DNA of 57,484 bases, filler included, from Sluysia triapertura (taxonomy: Eukaryota), in the NCBI GenBank assembly GCA_046118255.1. It is 4 parts of 4 records of this genome, joined end to end, with 100 filler letters (N's around TTAATTAATTAA, not from the genome) between each part and the next. Parts side by side here need not be neighbours in the genome. Positions count along the whole stretch, not along the records: positions 12,965 to 27,048 come from JBJNIA010006218.1; positions 27,149 to 39,529 come from JBJNIA010114974.1; 2 more parts are not named here. One strand, written 5' to 3'. A program made the position numbers and the translations under genes. The notes beneath the pieces are model-generated. The model worked only from the letters and a program-made list of their open reading frames with translations. It was not told the DNA's origin and ran no database searches. This document shows, in pieces, positions 14,560-28,199 of this stretch (position 1 is the stretch's first letter; every line of letters starts with the position of its first letter).

Positions 14560-15850
14560 TTTATTTATATGGTAATGATCCTAGTTTTATTGTAGCATTT
14601 TGTGGTTATTATATAGGGAAATTGTTTTACTTATCTTTTGCAACAAAAATCGAAAATCCGAATCACAATTTCAGTGATACTTTGACAACGTTAATTTATA
14701 TGACCATTTTAATTATGTTTTCTTATTCATTTATTTTTTCTAAACAATTTCGTACTATTGCTGCTTTGTTACTTATTTTAGGAATGAAAAATAGAGGTAC
14801 TTATTTTATGACCGAATTGGCTCAAATTACCGCTATTGAACTTATGGTTTCATTAGCTAATAATATTCATGAAGTGATTAAGTCATTATATTGTTCAGTG
14901 ACAGTGGGACAGAATATTAGTCGCGATGTACATAAGTTAAGTTTAAATCCAATGAAATCGTTAATATTAGAATCATTGGAAATATCGGAAAGTTTACGAA
15001 CATCAACGTCAGACTTATTTAATGCTACTCAACCATTCAATAACGGTGTCAAAGAAGCTGAACATCGTACTAAAGAAATTCACCGTGAAATTAAAATAGA
15101 AAATTCAACAATACGTAAACAATCATTAAAAATTCGTTTTACGAGATTATTATGACATTTATATCGTCGTGAACAAATAAAACTGCAACATAAATCTAAG
15201 TAATTGAACAGTCAATATCAAAAACTTCAAGCTCAATTGAAACAAACTGATTGATATTAGACGATTTATTATTATTAGTTCATAATAAAAGTGCTGATAT
15301 AAGTAGTAAAATGTGTACGAAAATGTTCAGTGATTGTTTAAGTATGACTGAAACTAAAATTTGATAACGGCAGCTTGTGAATCGCTTTATGCTGTATCAT
15401 TAGTAATGCTTTATTTTGGTTTAGATTTACTTAGATTCGGAATCAGCTTTTAGTGTCAACAAGGCTACATAACGTGTTCAAAAATGTGAAAATGAACGCA
15501 AAGCTGTCAATGCTAAAGATGGTTTTGATGATAGCTTAAAGTCATTGATGAATTTAACATATTTCAGTATCCAATGGCAATTTTATCGTCCTGATTTTGA
15601 ATTGATAACAGAAAATATTATACATGGTGCTGCTACAACTTCCTTGTTCCTTACTGATATTATTGTTGTGTTTGTTGACCTAATGGTATTATTTTAATTA
15701 TTACGTCTATTATTGATGGTAGTAATTCTAAGGTCTTACAAATTCAGTAAAAAATATTTGTCTGACATAGACTTCGACAATAAATACATTACAAAGTTTT
15801 TTGAAAGTATCGATAAATAATGATCAACGCAGTTATTTGTTACCATTTAT
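14560..15850 (+). pseudogene. DC-STAMP-domain protein (DCST1/DCST2, Sneaky/SPE-42-like) pseudogene
   Basis: N-terminal transmembrane region FSKQFRTIAALLL...NNIHEVIKSLYCSVTVGQN...LNPM. Family signature SYKFSKKYLSDIDFDNKYITKFFESID(K*)...YLLP at about 15735-15846. Several premature stops (e.g. 15153, about 15201) and frameshifts; no evident introns over about 1.3 kb. Confidence 0.8.
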
Positions 15851-16779
15851 TTATCTGAAATTATAAATAATATATGTAAAAATTAATATTAACTAATAAA
15901 TAAAGCGATCAAACAAATCAATAATTTATATAAATGTTTAAAAATTATAGTTTGTTTTTATTCTGATGATACGATACATAAATACTGCTTATTGAATCGC
16001 ATACCATATTTAAAACGTAGAATTTTTCTCAATATAGTTGGATGTAATAAATAATTGCTCTTTTTAAAAAAAATTTTAAAATATAATTTTGTAATTGAGT
16101 TATAAATTTTGCTCCAATTTTAATTTATTATTAAATTATCATTTTAAATTGATTTTCAATAAATTTCTTTATAGTATAATTTTATAAGTTTGATTTATTC
16201 ATGTTATTGTAATTTTAATTTATTTATTATTCAATGATTTATTTTGATTGTTTAGTTTAATGATTTAATTTATTTGAATCATTTAATTTAAATAAGTTTC
16301 TTAATTGATTTGTATTTTGCTACGCTGAATGCAGTACATCATAACATTGTTGAGGTTTGTGACCAGTTGTTGCTAAATGAATAATTAATGAATAATGAAT
16401 AAATATTAACAGCTTTTTTATTGATAAATTTTCCAATATTTGATTTTTTGTTTTTTCTTTCGACTTTAGTTAAATGACATTTTCTGGATTTGGGAGTTGA
16501 TCTTACCAGTTGGTTTATTACAGTTTGTGTATTGCCTTGTGTTAAATGACGTGTTATATGATCGTATCTATATTTTTGCTTTTATTTTGTGTTTTAAGTA
16601 ATTCTAATGTCTGAAATCAGTCATTTTTGTCGGGATAGGGATTGCCTAATTGTGGATCAGGAGACGAATAAGAAACGCATAGAACCACAAAATAAAGGAA
16701 AATTGATTCAAAGTGATGGATAGAACATTATAAATATTTTTATAATGCTTTTATAATATTTTTACTATTATAAATAATA

Positions 16780-17970
16780 GTAAGAATTATGAAGATGAAA
16801 ACATTTGTAATAATGTGTATAACTTAAGAATATATTGGAGTTCCAAAGATCTGTATAAGGTGTTGAGACCTTGTAGAGGCTTCAGATAGACTTGGAGAAC
16901 ATCTAAAGTTATTGAGGCACCTTTGAACATGTGAACCTTGAGATCATCTAGGACTTCATTAACCTTTAAGTATTCCTGAAACCTTGATGAGCATCTAAGA
17001 TCTTCGAGTAACCTTATGAAGTATTTAAAATATTGGAGAAATAAAATTATTGTTATTGGCATTAAGGATAAATCTAATACGGTAATAATTAACATCTACA
17101 AGTAGAAAAAGGTGAATGTGAAAACATTTATAGCCTCCCGAATGCCTTATAAACTACTAAATAACTTTAGAATCTTAATAAAACCTTTAAACATAAAATA
17201 AAATTAATTTTAAAAATAGATTAATAAATTTAAATCTTAATAATGTTTGAATGCGGAATTCTATATCAAAGTTGAAAATGTGTATGTATTTTTTTAAAAA
17301 GATGAAGGTATAGCTTGACCGATTTCATGCAAGAAAAGCTTAATATTGAGCAGTCAAATTTTAATTTATTCTTAATTATGGAATGTTGAATTTTCATACT
17401 AGGAATGAGGAAGATATGATGAATTGAATGTGAGAGATGATTGCTATGAAAAAGGAGAATCTAGAGGTAAGCTTAAAATGTTTGTAGAGTGTTTTGTTTG
17501 AGAATAAGAACCTTTAGCATTTTTTAATTAGAAAATTTGGTGTGAAAAAAATTAAAATCAATTAAATTCCAAAAACTTAAATTACATTCATCATTTTCAT
17601 GTATAATACCAATATTGGTGATTGTTATTGTTAAGTGAGAAGTAATTTAAGTAAAAATAGAGTTAAAGAATAATAGATGATCATAAATCAATTTTTTTGT
17701 ATATGATAAAGTGTGACAGACCGTAACACGTACCTGTCAAAGTTATTGTCGGTTTAATTGTGTGAGAGAATGCTTGATTGTTAACCTCAGGAGTGATTGG
17801 ATAGAGAGAAAGTATACAACGGAGTACTTGGAAATCTTAAAACACGATGATATATAACAAGAAATGCTCCATGTCATGGTAAAATTTTTTATTTATAAAA
17901 TTTATTTATTATAAATCATTAGTAGAATTAGTTATGTATTCTGTAAGGGATTCCCTTATTATTTTAATTA
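16780..17970. repeat. Dispersed ~1-kb repeat, copy A (probable LINE 5'/ORF1 region)
   Basis: Colinear, same-orientation similarity to 38150-39090. Shared blocks include ttggagttccaaaga, catgcaag.aaagc.ttaatattgagc, ttaattatggaatgttga, ggagaatctaga and aatagatgatcataaatcaattt. Confidence 0.75.
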
Positions 17971-19559
17971 AATATATATTGTTAATTTCAAAAATCATTT
18001 TTGGAAACCCCCTTGTACTACTAAAAAATTACCTTTTTGGGAGTTCCTTTTTAAGTATAGATTTTGTGAATCGTTCTGAAAAATAGAAATTGCATTTTTG
18101 TGTTACTGTACCTTTTTGTTAATTATCTGATTTATTGAGAGCTACTAATTTTTTCATTGGGTATTGTACTACATTTTTTTGCTAGTTTTAATAATGACGT
18201 ACTCTAGTATTTTTCATTAAATTGAATTCATTTGGAGTTGCATTTTTCTTATTTATAAATATCATAGCCAGAATAAAACGAAGTGTAGCAATTTGCATTT
18301 GATTTTGTGATTATTAAATTATTGAGTTATTGTTAATTTAAATTGAAAATCATAACATTTTGGTTTTAATAAATATCATTGTTAAAATAAGAAAACTTGT
18401 AATAATTTGCATTTGATTTTGTAATTAAGTTTTTTGGGATTCTCTAAACTGAATTAAAGTTATTAATTTATTTTCACTAATAATATTCAAGTTGTAACAG
18501 ATACATTCAACATTTAAATTCGTTTAAAGTATTTTCAAATAATTTTTCTGCTTTTATCTACATATGTATGAGAATTTTTAATTGATTTCGTCATAACAAT
18601 TGAAAAACTTTTCAAAATTAACTCCAAACTACCAATCATTGTTAGTAAAAATAAATCCGAACGACTTAACACTTCACTTCTCACTTGTTTTATATCTAAT
18701 ACTCGAATATGTGGTGAACTCATATTTTTCATAATTATGAAAACAAAATTTTAAACTTCAACTCAACCTTAAAAAAATGACATACATAAGACAGAAATAC
18801 TCGTCATACAACACAACAATGCAAAACTCAACATATTCTCACGACAATTATAACAATCACAATATTACATTAACATTCACAAAACAGCTATACGTGTTAT
18901 TACTGTAATAAAATTTAACATTGTTATTAAAGTTATTGTTATTATATTGTGGTGAATTCAACTCAAAAACATAATCATCATAAACAAACTTCAACTCAAC
19001 CTATCATGATTATTAATAATCAACAAATAACATACAAAAATCGAAAACCCTAATAAGGAAACACAAAAATTCAGAATTCAACAGATCAATAATCATAATA
19101 ATTACAATAACATTTACGCACAACCACAATCAAAAATTTAATGTTATAATATTAAACATTGTCATCGTATTATTGTTGTTGTCTTTCCTTTCTATTTTTA
19201 TCACTTTAATTGTATCCATTTTTAAATAGACGAATGAAATACTAGAAAAATAACAGTAGTTTTAAAATTGATTTGAAATCAAATCTATCGGATGATATGC
19301 AATTTTTTGTCATAAAGTTTTATCGTATATTATTTTTTTGTGTATTTTGGTAATTTTTATGAATATGCTAATATTTTTTGTACATAATACAGTATTTTTT
19401 GCCATATAAGATAGTAATAAATGAATATTATAGATTGTCCTTATTGCAGCATTTTTAATTGAATTACTTTGGAAAATGGTACAAATTTCACAGTCCTTTA
19501 ACAAAATCATTATTCAAAAAGATCGAACATTAAAATGAACATATAAGTCGTAATAAACC

Positions 19560-21050
19560 TATTGACTCTGAATATTCTGCAAAATTTATTTAACCTCATC
19601 AAGTTAAAAATGGTTTACTCAAGTTTATCATGGAATTGCTAAATTATTTTTTACATTTTTCTACAACTTCGGCTGATGGACTAGTAGAATGAGGTTCACT
19701 GTTTGCCCTTTTTCTCCAGAGCTTTATGAATCATGATTAAGTTTTTGAGGAGCTCTCCATTATGATTCGTACACCTCCGTTACCGACAATCATATTCTGA
19801 TGCTGATATAATCTACTTCCAGAACCTCTATCAGATATTGACGTTTGATTAATGTATCTTAGTACGCATTTGAGTATGACGTAATAATAGCTTAGTTTTA
19901 TACCCTGTAAATTGTATTTAAATTTAATTTTTTACTTTTTCGAGTGATAATATTTTTTGCCAAAGAAACACCCTGTAATTCTTTTAGATTTGTTTATCTA
20001 GTTGTGAAAGTTGTTTAGAGGCATTTCTATAAATGAATTATTGTGTTACCTTGTGAATTTATGATATATTATTTGTCAAAAGAGACTTATAGTAGTCCTG
20101 TTATTTAAAGTGCCGAGCTTATAAATTATGTTTAAATAAAATTCAAATAATTTAGTAAGCCATCTTTTCAATATACTTACTTCATCTCTATGATTGTACA
20201 AGTATGTTAGTGGTTTGTGATCATTGTATAGAAATACTTTTTTTTATCTTAATAAGCAATGACGATATGATAGCTAAGCATTTTCATTCTATCGTAGAGT
20301 AATTTATTTCTGCTTACTTAGTCTTCTATTAGCGAATCTATTACAACTTTAAAATTATTTTTATCTTTTTGTCCTAGCATATTTGCTCGCATCTGTTAAA
20401 ATAAAAGATTTATTTATATCTTGGAAAAGCAGAATTTGTGCTATTTTTAATTTTTCTTTTAGGTGATTAATGCACTTGTTTGTGCCTCTACCCACTTAAA
20501 TTTGGCAACTTTATAGTTAGGATTCTTAATTGTTGTGCAATTTTAGCAAAATCCTTACAAATTTGCGATAGTAATTAGTTAAGCCTCAAATCTTTGAACT
20601 TAAATACCTTTTCTATGTTTTGTGGATTTGGCTTAATGCCATTTCTCGACTTGTTCTTCTACTCATTCACATTTAATAGGTTTAATTTTTAATCCTGCTA
20701 CTTGTAATCGTGTGTGAAAACCTTAGAAAAAATTATTGTCCTCAATATAAACGAAATTCACACAATGTTGAAAAGTTGCCGGTGCACAGAGTGGAATTTT
20801 CTCTCACTTGTACAGTTCGTTGCTGCATGAGAAAACTGTTTTATGTTTGTATTTGCTAATTTTCTGCGATTTGTATTTGCTAATAACCATTTTGTAAGTC
20901 AAGTGCACTAAAGAATGTTTTTATGTTTTTCTCTTACGTTAATATGAGGTTCAACTTATAATTTACAACTTGACCTAATTTTATTCCAGTATGCATCATC
21001 TTATCTTCGTCAGTATAGTTAATTATCCTTATTGCGCCCGATTTAATTAT
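19560..21050 (-). mobile_element. Ty3/Gypsy LTR retrotransposon pol relic (RT-RNase H, then probable integrase)
   Basis: Minus strand: FFSALDLQNGY*QI, APATFQ, FIL-TDASKYA, AEINYSTIE*KCLAI, NDHKPLTYL, RWLTKLFEF..IIYK.G. The RT-then-RNase H order and motifs are Gypsy-like. Heavily frameshifted. Confidence 0.85.
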
Positions 21051-21170
21051 ATAATGGTGTACATAGTAAAATGAATTTTTAGGAGTACAAATAATTATAC
21101 TAGTTTGTAATAATGGACAATTTGCAGCGGCATTCTATACATTCTAGTACATTTTATTTAATATTTTCAG

Positions 21171-21334
21171 GAATATGTTTTCTTCTCCATTTATGTTTGC
21201 AATTCAAAACCGATGTAGTGTAATGGAAAAAGTCTTGCTCAAATCTTTAGTAAAGACATATAAAAGTTTAGGAGTCGAAGAAGCTAGTTTGAAGCAAGTA
21301 TTTCAGCAATATTCCAATGAATGTGCAATTGAAG
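21171..21334 (+). CDS. ORC1: Origin recognition complex subunit 1, penultimate exon (winged-helix domain)
   Basis: Acceptor attttcAG|G. Translates NMFSSPFMFAIQNRCSVMEKVLLKSLVKTYKSLGVEEASLKQVFQQYSNECAIE-G, which follows the metazoan ORC1 pattern EMFSS...AI.N.S..E..FL.A...EF...G+EEA.F.Q+Y.Q....C..EG. Donor GAA G|GTTATT (phase 1). Confidence 0.82.
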
Positions 21335-21774
21335 GTTATTTATTAAATATAATTATCCAAATATAATATATCTTATTTTGGAAAATTAAATAATTGAACT
21401 TATTTGATCTCCTGAAGTCTGAAGTTGAGTACATTAAAAACATTTATACCTTTAAATCTCTTTTAACAGATATATTTTTAATTTAAAGTAAAGATATAGT
21501 TAATCTTTTATGATACCAAATATATTTTAACGAATTTGGTAAAAATAAAGTTATTAGAGACTACTACAAAATTTTACAAAGTTATTTTAATATTCTTAAC
21601 ATTATTCAGTTAAAAATAATTTGCAAAGGTGCGTTATGAACCTAGTCAGCAAAATAGAAATTAAATTTCAGTTTCTTTATATACTATACTTGAAAATCAA
21701 TGAAGAATAGTCAGAATTTAGCATCTTCAGTAATAAAAATAGCCACAATACTAAAATAAATGAAACAAAGTTAA

Positions 21775-21870
21775 TTGTAGGTGGTAAGACACTAAATGCC
21801 AAGCAGAAAGTATGAAATATAGGCAGTTATATTGATACAAAAATGAACATGGAAGAAAATATAAATAAAA
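21775..21870 (+). mobile_element. L2-clade LINE RT fragment (ORC1 intron)
   Basis: gtaggtggtaagacactaaatgccaagcagaaagtat...aaatgaacatggaagaaaat matches the reverse complement of 35010-35100. Confidence 0.7.
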
Positions 21871-23056
21871 ACGACAATAATTATATAACAAATTTAGTCG
21901 AGTCTGAATTTTAGCACAAAGTAAAATATAACTTAATTATAACTTAATATAAACGAGTCTTTTTATAAGAATTAATTAAAGTACTAAATTCTAGAAATGT
22001 CACAATATACATAAATATTAATAGCTGAACAACAGTTAATTAACAATAAAAGTTGAAGTTTCATCTAACCACAAATAAATCAATCAAAAATAAAGTTTGG
22101 TCCAATGACCAAAGAAATATAAGATTCAATCAATGTATTGAGCCAGCCTTCTTACATTAAAAGAAAATAATCAACTATTGCAATAACTTTTGCGTTATAT
22201 GTGGTTCTTATTGTGTTCAGATAATTCGATAAGAAATTCGACAACACATGCTTATTTCATAGAGTCGGTTTTATGCCGACCAATTTTAATAATCAAATTC
22301 AAACATTAATTTCCTCGAATTATTATCTACTACTATTATCTAGCAATTATCTAAAGATAATTAGTTTTAAGATCAAAATTTAACATAATGGTTATAAAAA
22401 TACTTATTGTTAAAATAATACATCAACTTAAATTGAATGTAAATCTAAGCAAATGTAAAGTAATTTTTAATAAGCAACACATCAATTTCAATAACATGTA
22501 CAAACTGATCCATCAATGAACATTAATTAGATATATACTTTTGCTACTTATGATCATTGTAACTGCTTTGTCTTTTTTACTTATGCACAATAAAATAATA
22601 ACAATTACAAATTAACTAGTCAATATAAATATATAAATGAATAAATAGTTTGAAGCTAAGTTCAGGAATTAAAGTAGGCTGGATAGAAAAATTTGTTAAT
22701 TGAAACAAAACTTTAGAAAGACTAATATATTCGAAATGATAATATTAATGTATGAGGTTTTTTAACCTCAATAGTATATTCTAAATAATAGTTTGAGACT
22801 AGCTTTAAACTAGCCGCAAAAGTTTTATATAAATCCTTCTTTTAAAAAAGGTTGAAAATCTTATACAAATTAAACTTTCTACTTATAATGGTAAGGCAAA
22901 AACCTTATTTTTCAATCGATGTCCAAATCAACTTGATTAATGTTCAACCAATGCGTAAAAATCTCCTTTTATTTAACATAAATTGATAACTACTGTTTTT
23001 GTTTTTGTTGTGGCACTGAATTTGGGAAAACCCACAATAAAATCATAAATTATTAA

Positions 23057-23276
23057 CCTGTTAACCAGGTTGGACGTATATTTACGTCTCACATACAAAG
23101 CAATGCACATCGGGTAAGACGTGGTAATACGTTATTTAAAATATGTAGTGCGTATAAGCGGGTGGGATGTGTGTTTTTGTCCTACTACAGTGTGAGTTAT
23201 TGGCACATGTCCTTTAAAAATGCTGTGAGTCCTCTATACGTTGCATAGTTAAAAGATTGTGCGCCCGGTTAACAGG
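23057..23276. mobile_element. piggyBac-type MITE, 220 bp (ORC1 intron)
   Basis: TTAA|CCTGTTAACCAGG ... CCCGGTTAACAGG|TTAA: 12/13 TIR and a TTAA TSD on both sides; GC-richer than the flanks. Confidence 0.85.
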
Positions 23277-24590
23277 TTAATTAAATCTAAAATAAAATTG
23301 TTAACTGCTTTATTATTATTGTCAAAATAAAATATTATATAAAAATATGTTAAAATGCGTTAAATTATTATTATTTTATATAACTTTGATTTTGTAAATT
23401 TATGTATTTTTTATTTTGTTGGATTATTTATATCAGTCGAAAAATTTTTTCTTTTGTATCTCTAAATGACTTAGTATAAATTTATCTTGGATATTAAAAA
23501 TGAAAGTACCAATTAAAATTTTATAACATTACTATCTTTAAATCTTATTTTTCAACACCTCTGAAAAATTAATGAAACTCTAAATCGAACTAAGTTTTAT
23601 TAACACAAAATTCTATAAAAATAGTATTATTGCAAAATTTGTGTCATGTATAAAGTAATCCATTCGTAAATTTGTTTTTGAAGTTTTATAAAGTAACGAC
23701 AAATTTTAATTCAGTTATTTTCTTTGTTTATTCTATATTTTACATTTGCTTCAAATATGTAAATACTAGTTATAAAACGTTTGAGCGTTATAAAAATAAA
23801 AAGAAATAACACCTTACTGAATAATAACAAAGTCAGGTATGGTAGCCTGCGAATGTTCGAATGTCTTACTTTTTATAGAATTGAAATCTAATTATGACAA
23901 TATTATTTGTCATACTTAATGCCAACGAGTTTTGTACCTAACAGTGCGAGTGACTTTTATATCAAATAATACAATATAATCTGCTGCACAAGATGATCTT
24001 ATCTAGAAAGAAATGACCAAGATGGTGCATGAAAAATGTGTAGTTTTAAAACGAAAATTAAAACGTTAAACATTACTAGAATAAGATTAATGCTAGTTCC
24101 AAATGAACGAAATGTACGAGCAAATATTTATGTTTGAAAATGTGAAGAATCCCTATTGGAAAGTTATTTTTTATGCAATCACATATGATTGTACAGTAGT
24201 TAACTAAAATTCTTATGTTAATTGTATTCGATAATAAAGGCATAAATAAAAGTTTAATTTGTGTGTAGGAATTAACGGGATGTTAGCCAATGATTATAAG
24301 GAAGGTGCATATGACAACATAATATAGTAGACTATAAAAGCCTAGATTGGCATTATTATAATTATTCGAATTATTATTAATTGTTATTATATTTGTACAA
24401 CCTAACATTTTTATATTCAATTTAACGAAAAAAAATCAATATTTTAAGTACTATAAGATGAAGATTTTGTTCAATAATTTTTTATCAGAAAGAAATTTTC
24501 TTTTTCATTCATGTTTCTATTGGATTTAAAAATTCCAGTCTATTAAAGTTTATAATTTAACATTTAAATTTTTAAATATTTTTATTTCAG

Positions 24591-24748
24591 GTTATCGTCC
24601 TGTAAAAATGGATTTATTAATAAATATTATACTAAAATTAGAACAGCAAGGATTTCTAGTAATTGATTGTATAAAAAATGAAATTAATATGATGATAAAA
24701 TTAAGAATAAGCTCTGATGATGTGGAGTTTGCATTAGATACAATGTAA
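24591..24748 (+). CDS. ORC1: ORC1 terminal coding exon
   Basis: Acceptor tttatttcAG|GT, phase-compatible with the previous donor. Translates GYRPVKMDLLINIILKLEQQGFLVIDCIKNEINMMIKLRISSDDVEFALDTM*, matching the ORC1 C-terminus (..+RLNVS.DDV.+AL). Too short and lacking its own start, so it is absent from the ORF track. Confidence 0.82.
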
Positions 24749-27048
24749 TTATATTCTCAATAATATTATTTGTGTTATCATTTATGTCATTATTATAAGG
24801 AACATTTCTCATCTATCAACTTAATACTCACATTTGAAAATTTTTTAGAAGTGTTACCTTTTTAAAATTTTAATTTCATTAATTTGACATTTTCCGATAA
24901 TTTGTCGTAATATAAACAATATGTAATCTATTGTTTCTGTGGTGCAGTCAAAAAGTTAACTGTTTAAATTTTATTTAAGTATATGTAAAATAATAGCACA
25001 TTATTTTTATTTTCTAATAAATAGTTTTTAAATCCAGATTGAACTATTTTGACTTTCAAAGCAGAATATTTTTTTGGTGTTGCAGGTGAATCGTGTTCTC
25101 ACAAATCTGAAATTTATACATAAATAAATATATGACAAAGAAAGATTTCTAAAAATATAAATGAAAGTTATAACAAACTCAAACAAAAACATCATATATC
25201 TAAGCAAATTATAGTCTGTTCTGTTATCTTAAATAATTTTGGTATGTTCAAGGTGTGGTGGTTTAAATATATCATTCAAAATTTCGCCAAACACAAACAA
25301 AATATTATATTTAACTCACAAAATATTAAACATATAACCAATCACGCATAAACTTAGCCCACCAACATAAAAGCCTCTAAAAAATTAAAATTAGACAGTT
25401 TTCATAACAATGAAATTTTTATAAAAACACTCAACTATAATTTTTTTAACTTGTATGTCACCTTTTTTAACACTTTATTCAACAGAAACTTCACCTCTAT
25501 CTCTTCCTTGAGCGTTGAACATTGTTAGCGATGAAGAAGAATCTAAAGGTGACTCTACTAAATGATAATGTTGATTGACATACTGGTTTAGACTGAACAA
25601 TAGCGCCAATTTATTCCAAATAATCTCGAAAACAAAAGAAAGACATTAGCGTTCGAAGATGTAGTAAAAAAGAAAATATTTTACTGTCCAAAGTTAATAT
25701 AATAATTGACAACGATAATAAGGAGAACTTATGAAATTAAATATGTTTTAATTAAATTATGAAGCTCTACTTTGAATAATAAATATTAATATTTATTTTT
25801 GCGTAATTTATCTCTAAAATATTTGAATAATGAGTCGATTTGTTTGTATGACATTCAAATTTTGATAGCATCGGGAGCTAGAATATTTTATTTAATGAAG
25901 AAACGAATAATTATTCTAAAAAACCAGAAATTGTTATTTTAAAAAATAATTTAAAGAAATTACGAAGCAAGAGCATACTAAAGTGTTAAATGGACTTCAG
26001 CAACAAATTGAATCATTGCGAGAAAATAATCAAAACTTCAATTTAATACAGCAATGCAGTCCCAAAGATCAATAGATTCTAACAATTTACCTTTTACTCA
26101 ATAATTTTTGGTATTAACATTAAATCAATTCAATTTATTCTGTAAATAATTTGTTTGTTAATTTATTTGTAAATAATATCTGTAATAATTGCTTGTCAAT
26201 AATATTTGTTTATTTGTAAATATCAATTTTATAAGAAAAAGAAAAATTTCAATTTTAAATTTAATTAGAAAATTATATTATCATTAAAATATTATCACTA
26301 AATTAATTAAAATATTATCATTAAAGTTTAGTGAAAATTATTAAATATAAACGGATATTATATCTTTGTAAACAATTAATAATAAAAGTATTCAGGATAT
26401 TATTCAGACATCGAAAAACTATTAAAACGGATATTGTATTTTCTATTTATTATAAACAAAAACTTATTCATTAAATTGAAAATATACAGACATTCGAAAA
26501 TTATTTAATTATTTAAGTAAGGAAAATCATTAATTTAAATATTTATTTTATGTTCAGAGTATTAAAATCGGATATTTATATTATAAAGCAAGTATATAAA
26601 GGTACGAAGTTATTAGAATGATTATTAGAATTTATAGACGCGAAGTACACAGATTAGGAGCACAAATTATCAAAGGAAGCTTCTAAGAAATTATCAATTG
26701 ACTGTTTGGATATATCTGATTTGATTTAAAGTTTGGTAATTGGTTATTTGGCTGATTAATACTCTGGTTCGAATTACAAACTTGTCGATAAATACGTTTC
26801 AGTTCAATTTACGATTATTACTAATTCGATTCAATCACATTCATTTGGCTTAGACGCATTCGGTGGAAAATAGCATACGATCTGTTTACTAAAAAATTGT
26901 TAAGTAAGCTTTATTTGTTAAGTTATTGACCATAGTATTTTGGTCTTAAAATACACTTAAATTTCTCGTAGTATTTTCTAGTAAACCCAAAGGTACCCTC
27001 TGGGTCAAAATCAACTGTAAATTTAAATTTTATATTGATATTATAATT

Positions 27049-27148
27049 NNNNNNNNNNNNNNNNNNNNNNNNNNNNNNNNNNNNNNNNNNNNTTAATTAA
27101 TTAANNNNNNNNNNNNNNNNNNNNNNNNNNNNNNNNNNNNNNNNNNNN
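27049..27148. other. Assembly gap with synthetic linker
   Basis: 44 N + TTAATTAATTAA + 44 N. Confidence 0.95.
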
Positions 27149-28199
27149 AAATCATCATCTATAAAGACAATAAATCACCATATATCTTAAGGAAAAAAAA
27201 TTCGGGGCTGAAAGGGTTAAATAATCTTGTTTCTTATTGACAATTCGATTTTATATAGGTGATTTTGAATTAATTCTATTATATTTTGCGGAATTTGGTT
27301 TATATTATTGAATTAACTTTGTGCACACACTTTAAAAGCAGAAACGATTATGCAAAACATTGTCCTTATTTAATGCTTTAAAACAATATGTAACATGACC
27401 TGAGAAACTTGCAGAAACCAATTGGTCCCAGAGGCGACGAAAGCGTTAAATAAACTTTGAAGAGGATTAAAAAGAAAAAATTTCTTCACATACTTGAAAT
27501 ATTTTCGATCACTTTCTCAATTTTTAAATCGTGTGGAAAAATGTGGGTCTTTCTATCGAAAATTGTTAGCAGAATTCGAAAAGGAAAAACTTGAATACTT
27601 GTATAAATTTCGTAAGATTAAATGTTTCTTTAATAATTTAAAATTTTACGAAATTGATTGCAAAAATTATGAAATAAGTCGAAAATCCATTAATACAAAC
27701 GAATATAATTTTTTAAATATTTATGAATTATTTTTTTCCTTATATTGATACTGTGATCGATAATTTAATTAAAAAATATCCTTGAAATCGTTTATAATAA
27801 GCCATTTCTCAATGTTTTTCTTATGACTGTTTTGTATTTATATCACAATTTATTTATCTAAATTAATAATTTTTGTTTTGCAATTTTTTAATTTATGTTT
27901 ATATGGTAAATACGATGTTGGTGAATCAAATTGGAATAATGTGACGAAATAAATTAAAAAAGTACTTTAAATTTATATAATTAAAACGTGACATTAATTT
28001 ATATTATGTAATATAATTAATAAATATGAAGTAACCAAACTTAAATAAAAATTATATATCAAAAACGAAAAATGTAATTTATTTTATGTTATTTTATGTT
28101 ATCTTGGCTACTATTCATTTCCTTCTGAGAATAGTAGTCTTTAGAATGAATTTTATTGCGTGATCTTATTTTGTTCCTACGTCATTGATTGATTTTTGT

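Noticed and set aside
22140-22270. CNNFCVICGSY motif resembling the N-terminus of some DNA transposases
   Set aside because: Too short and degenerate to assign.
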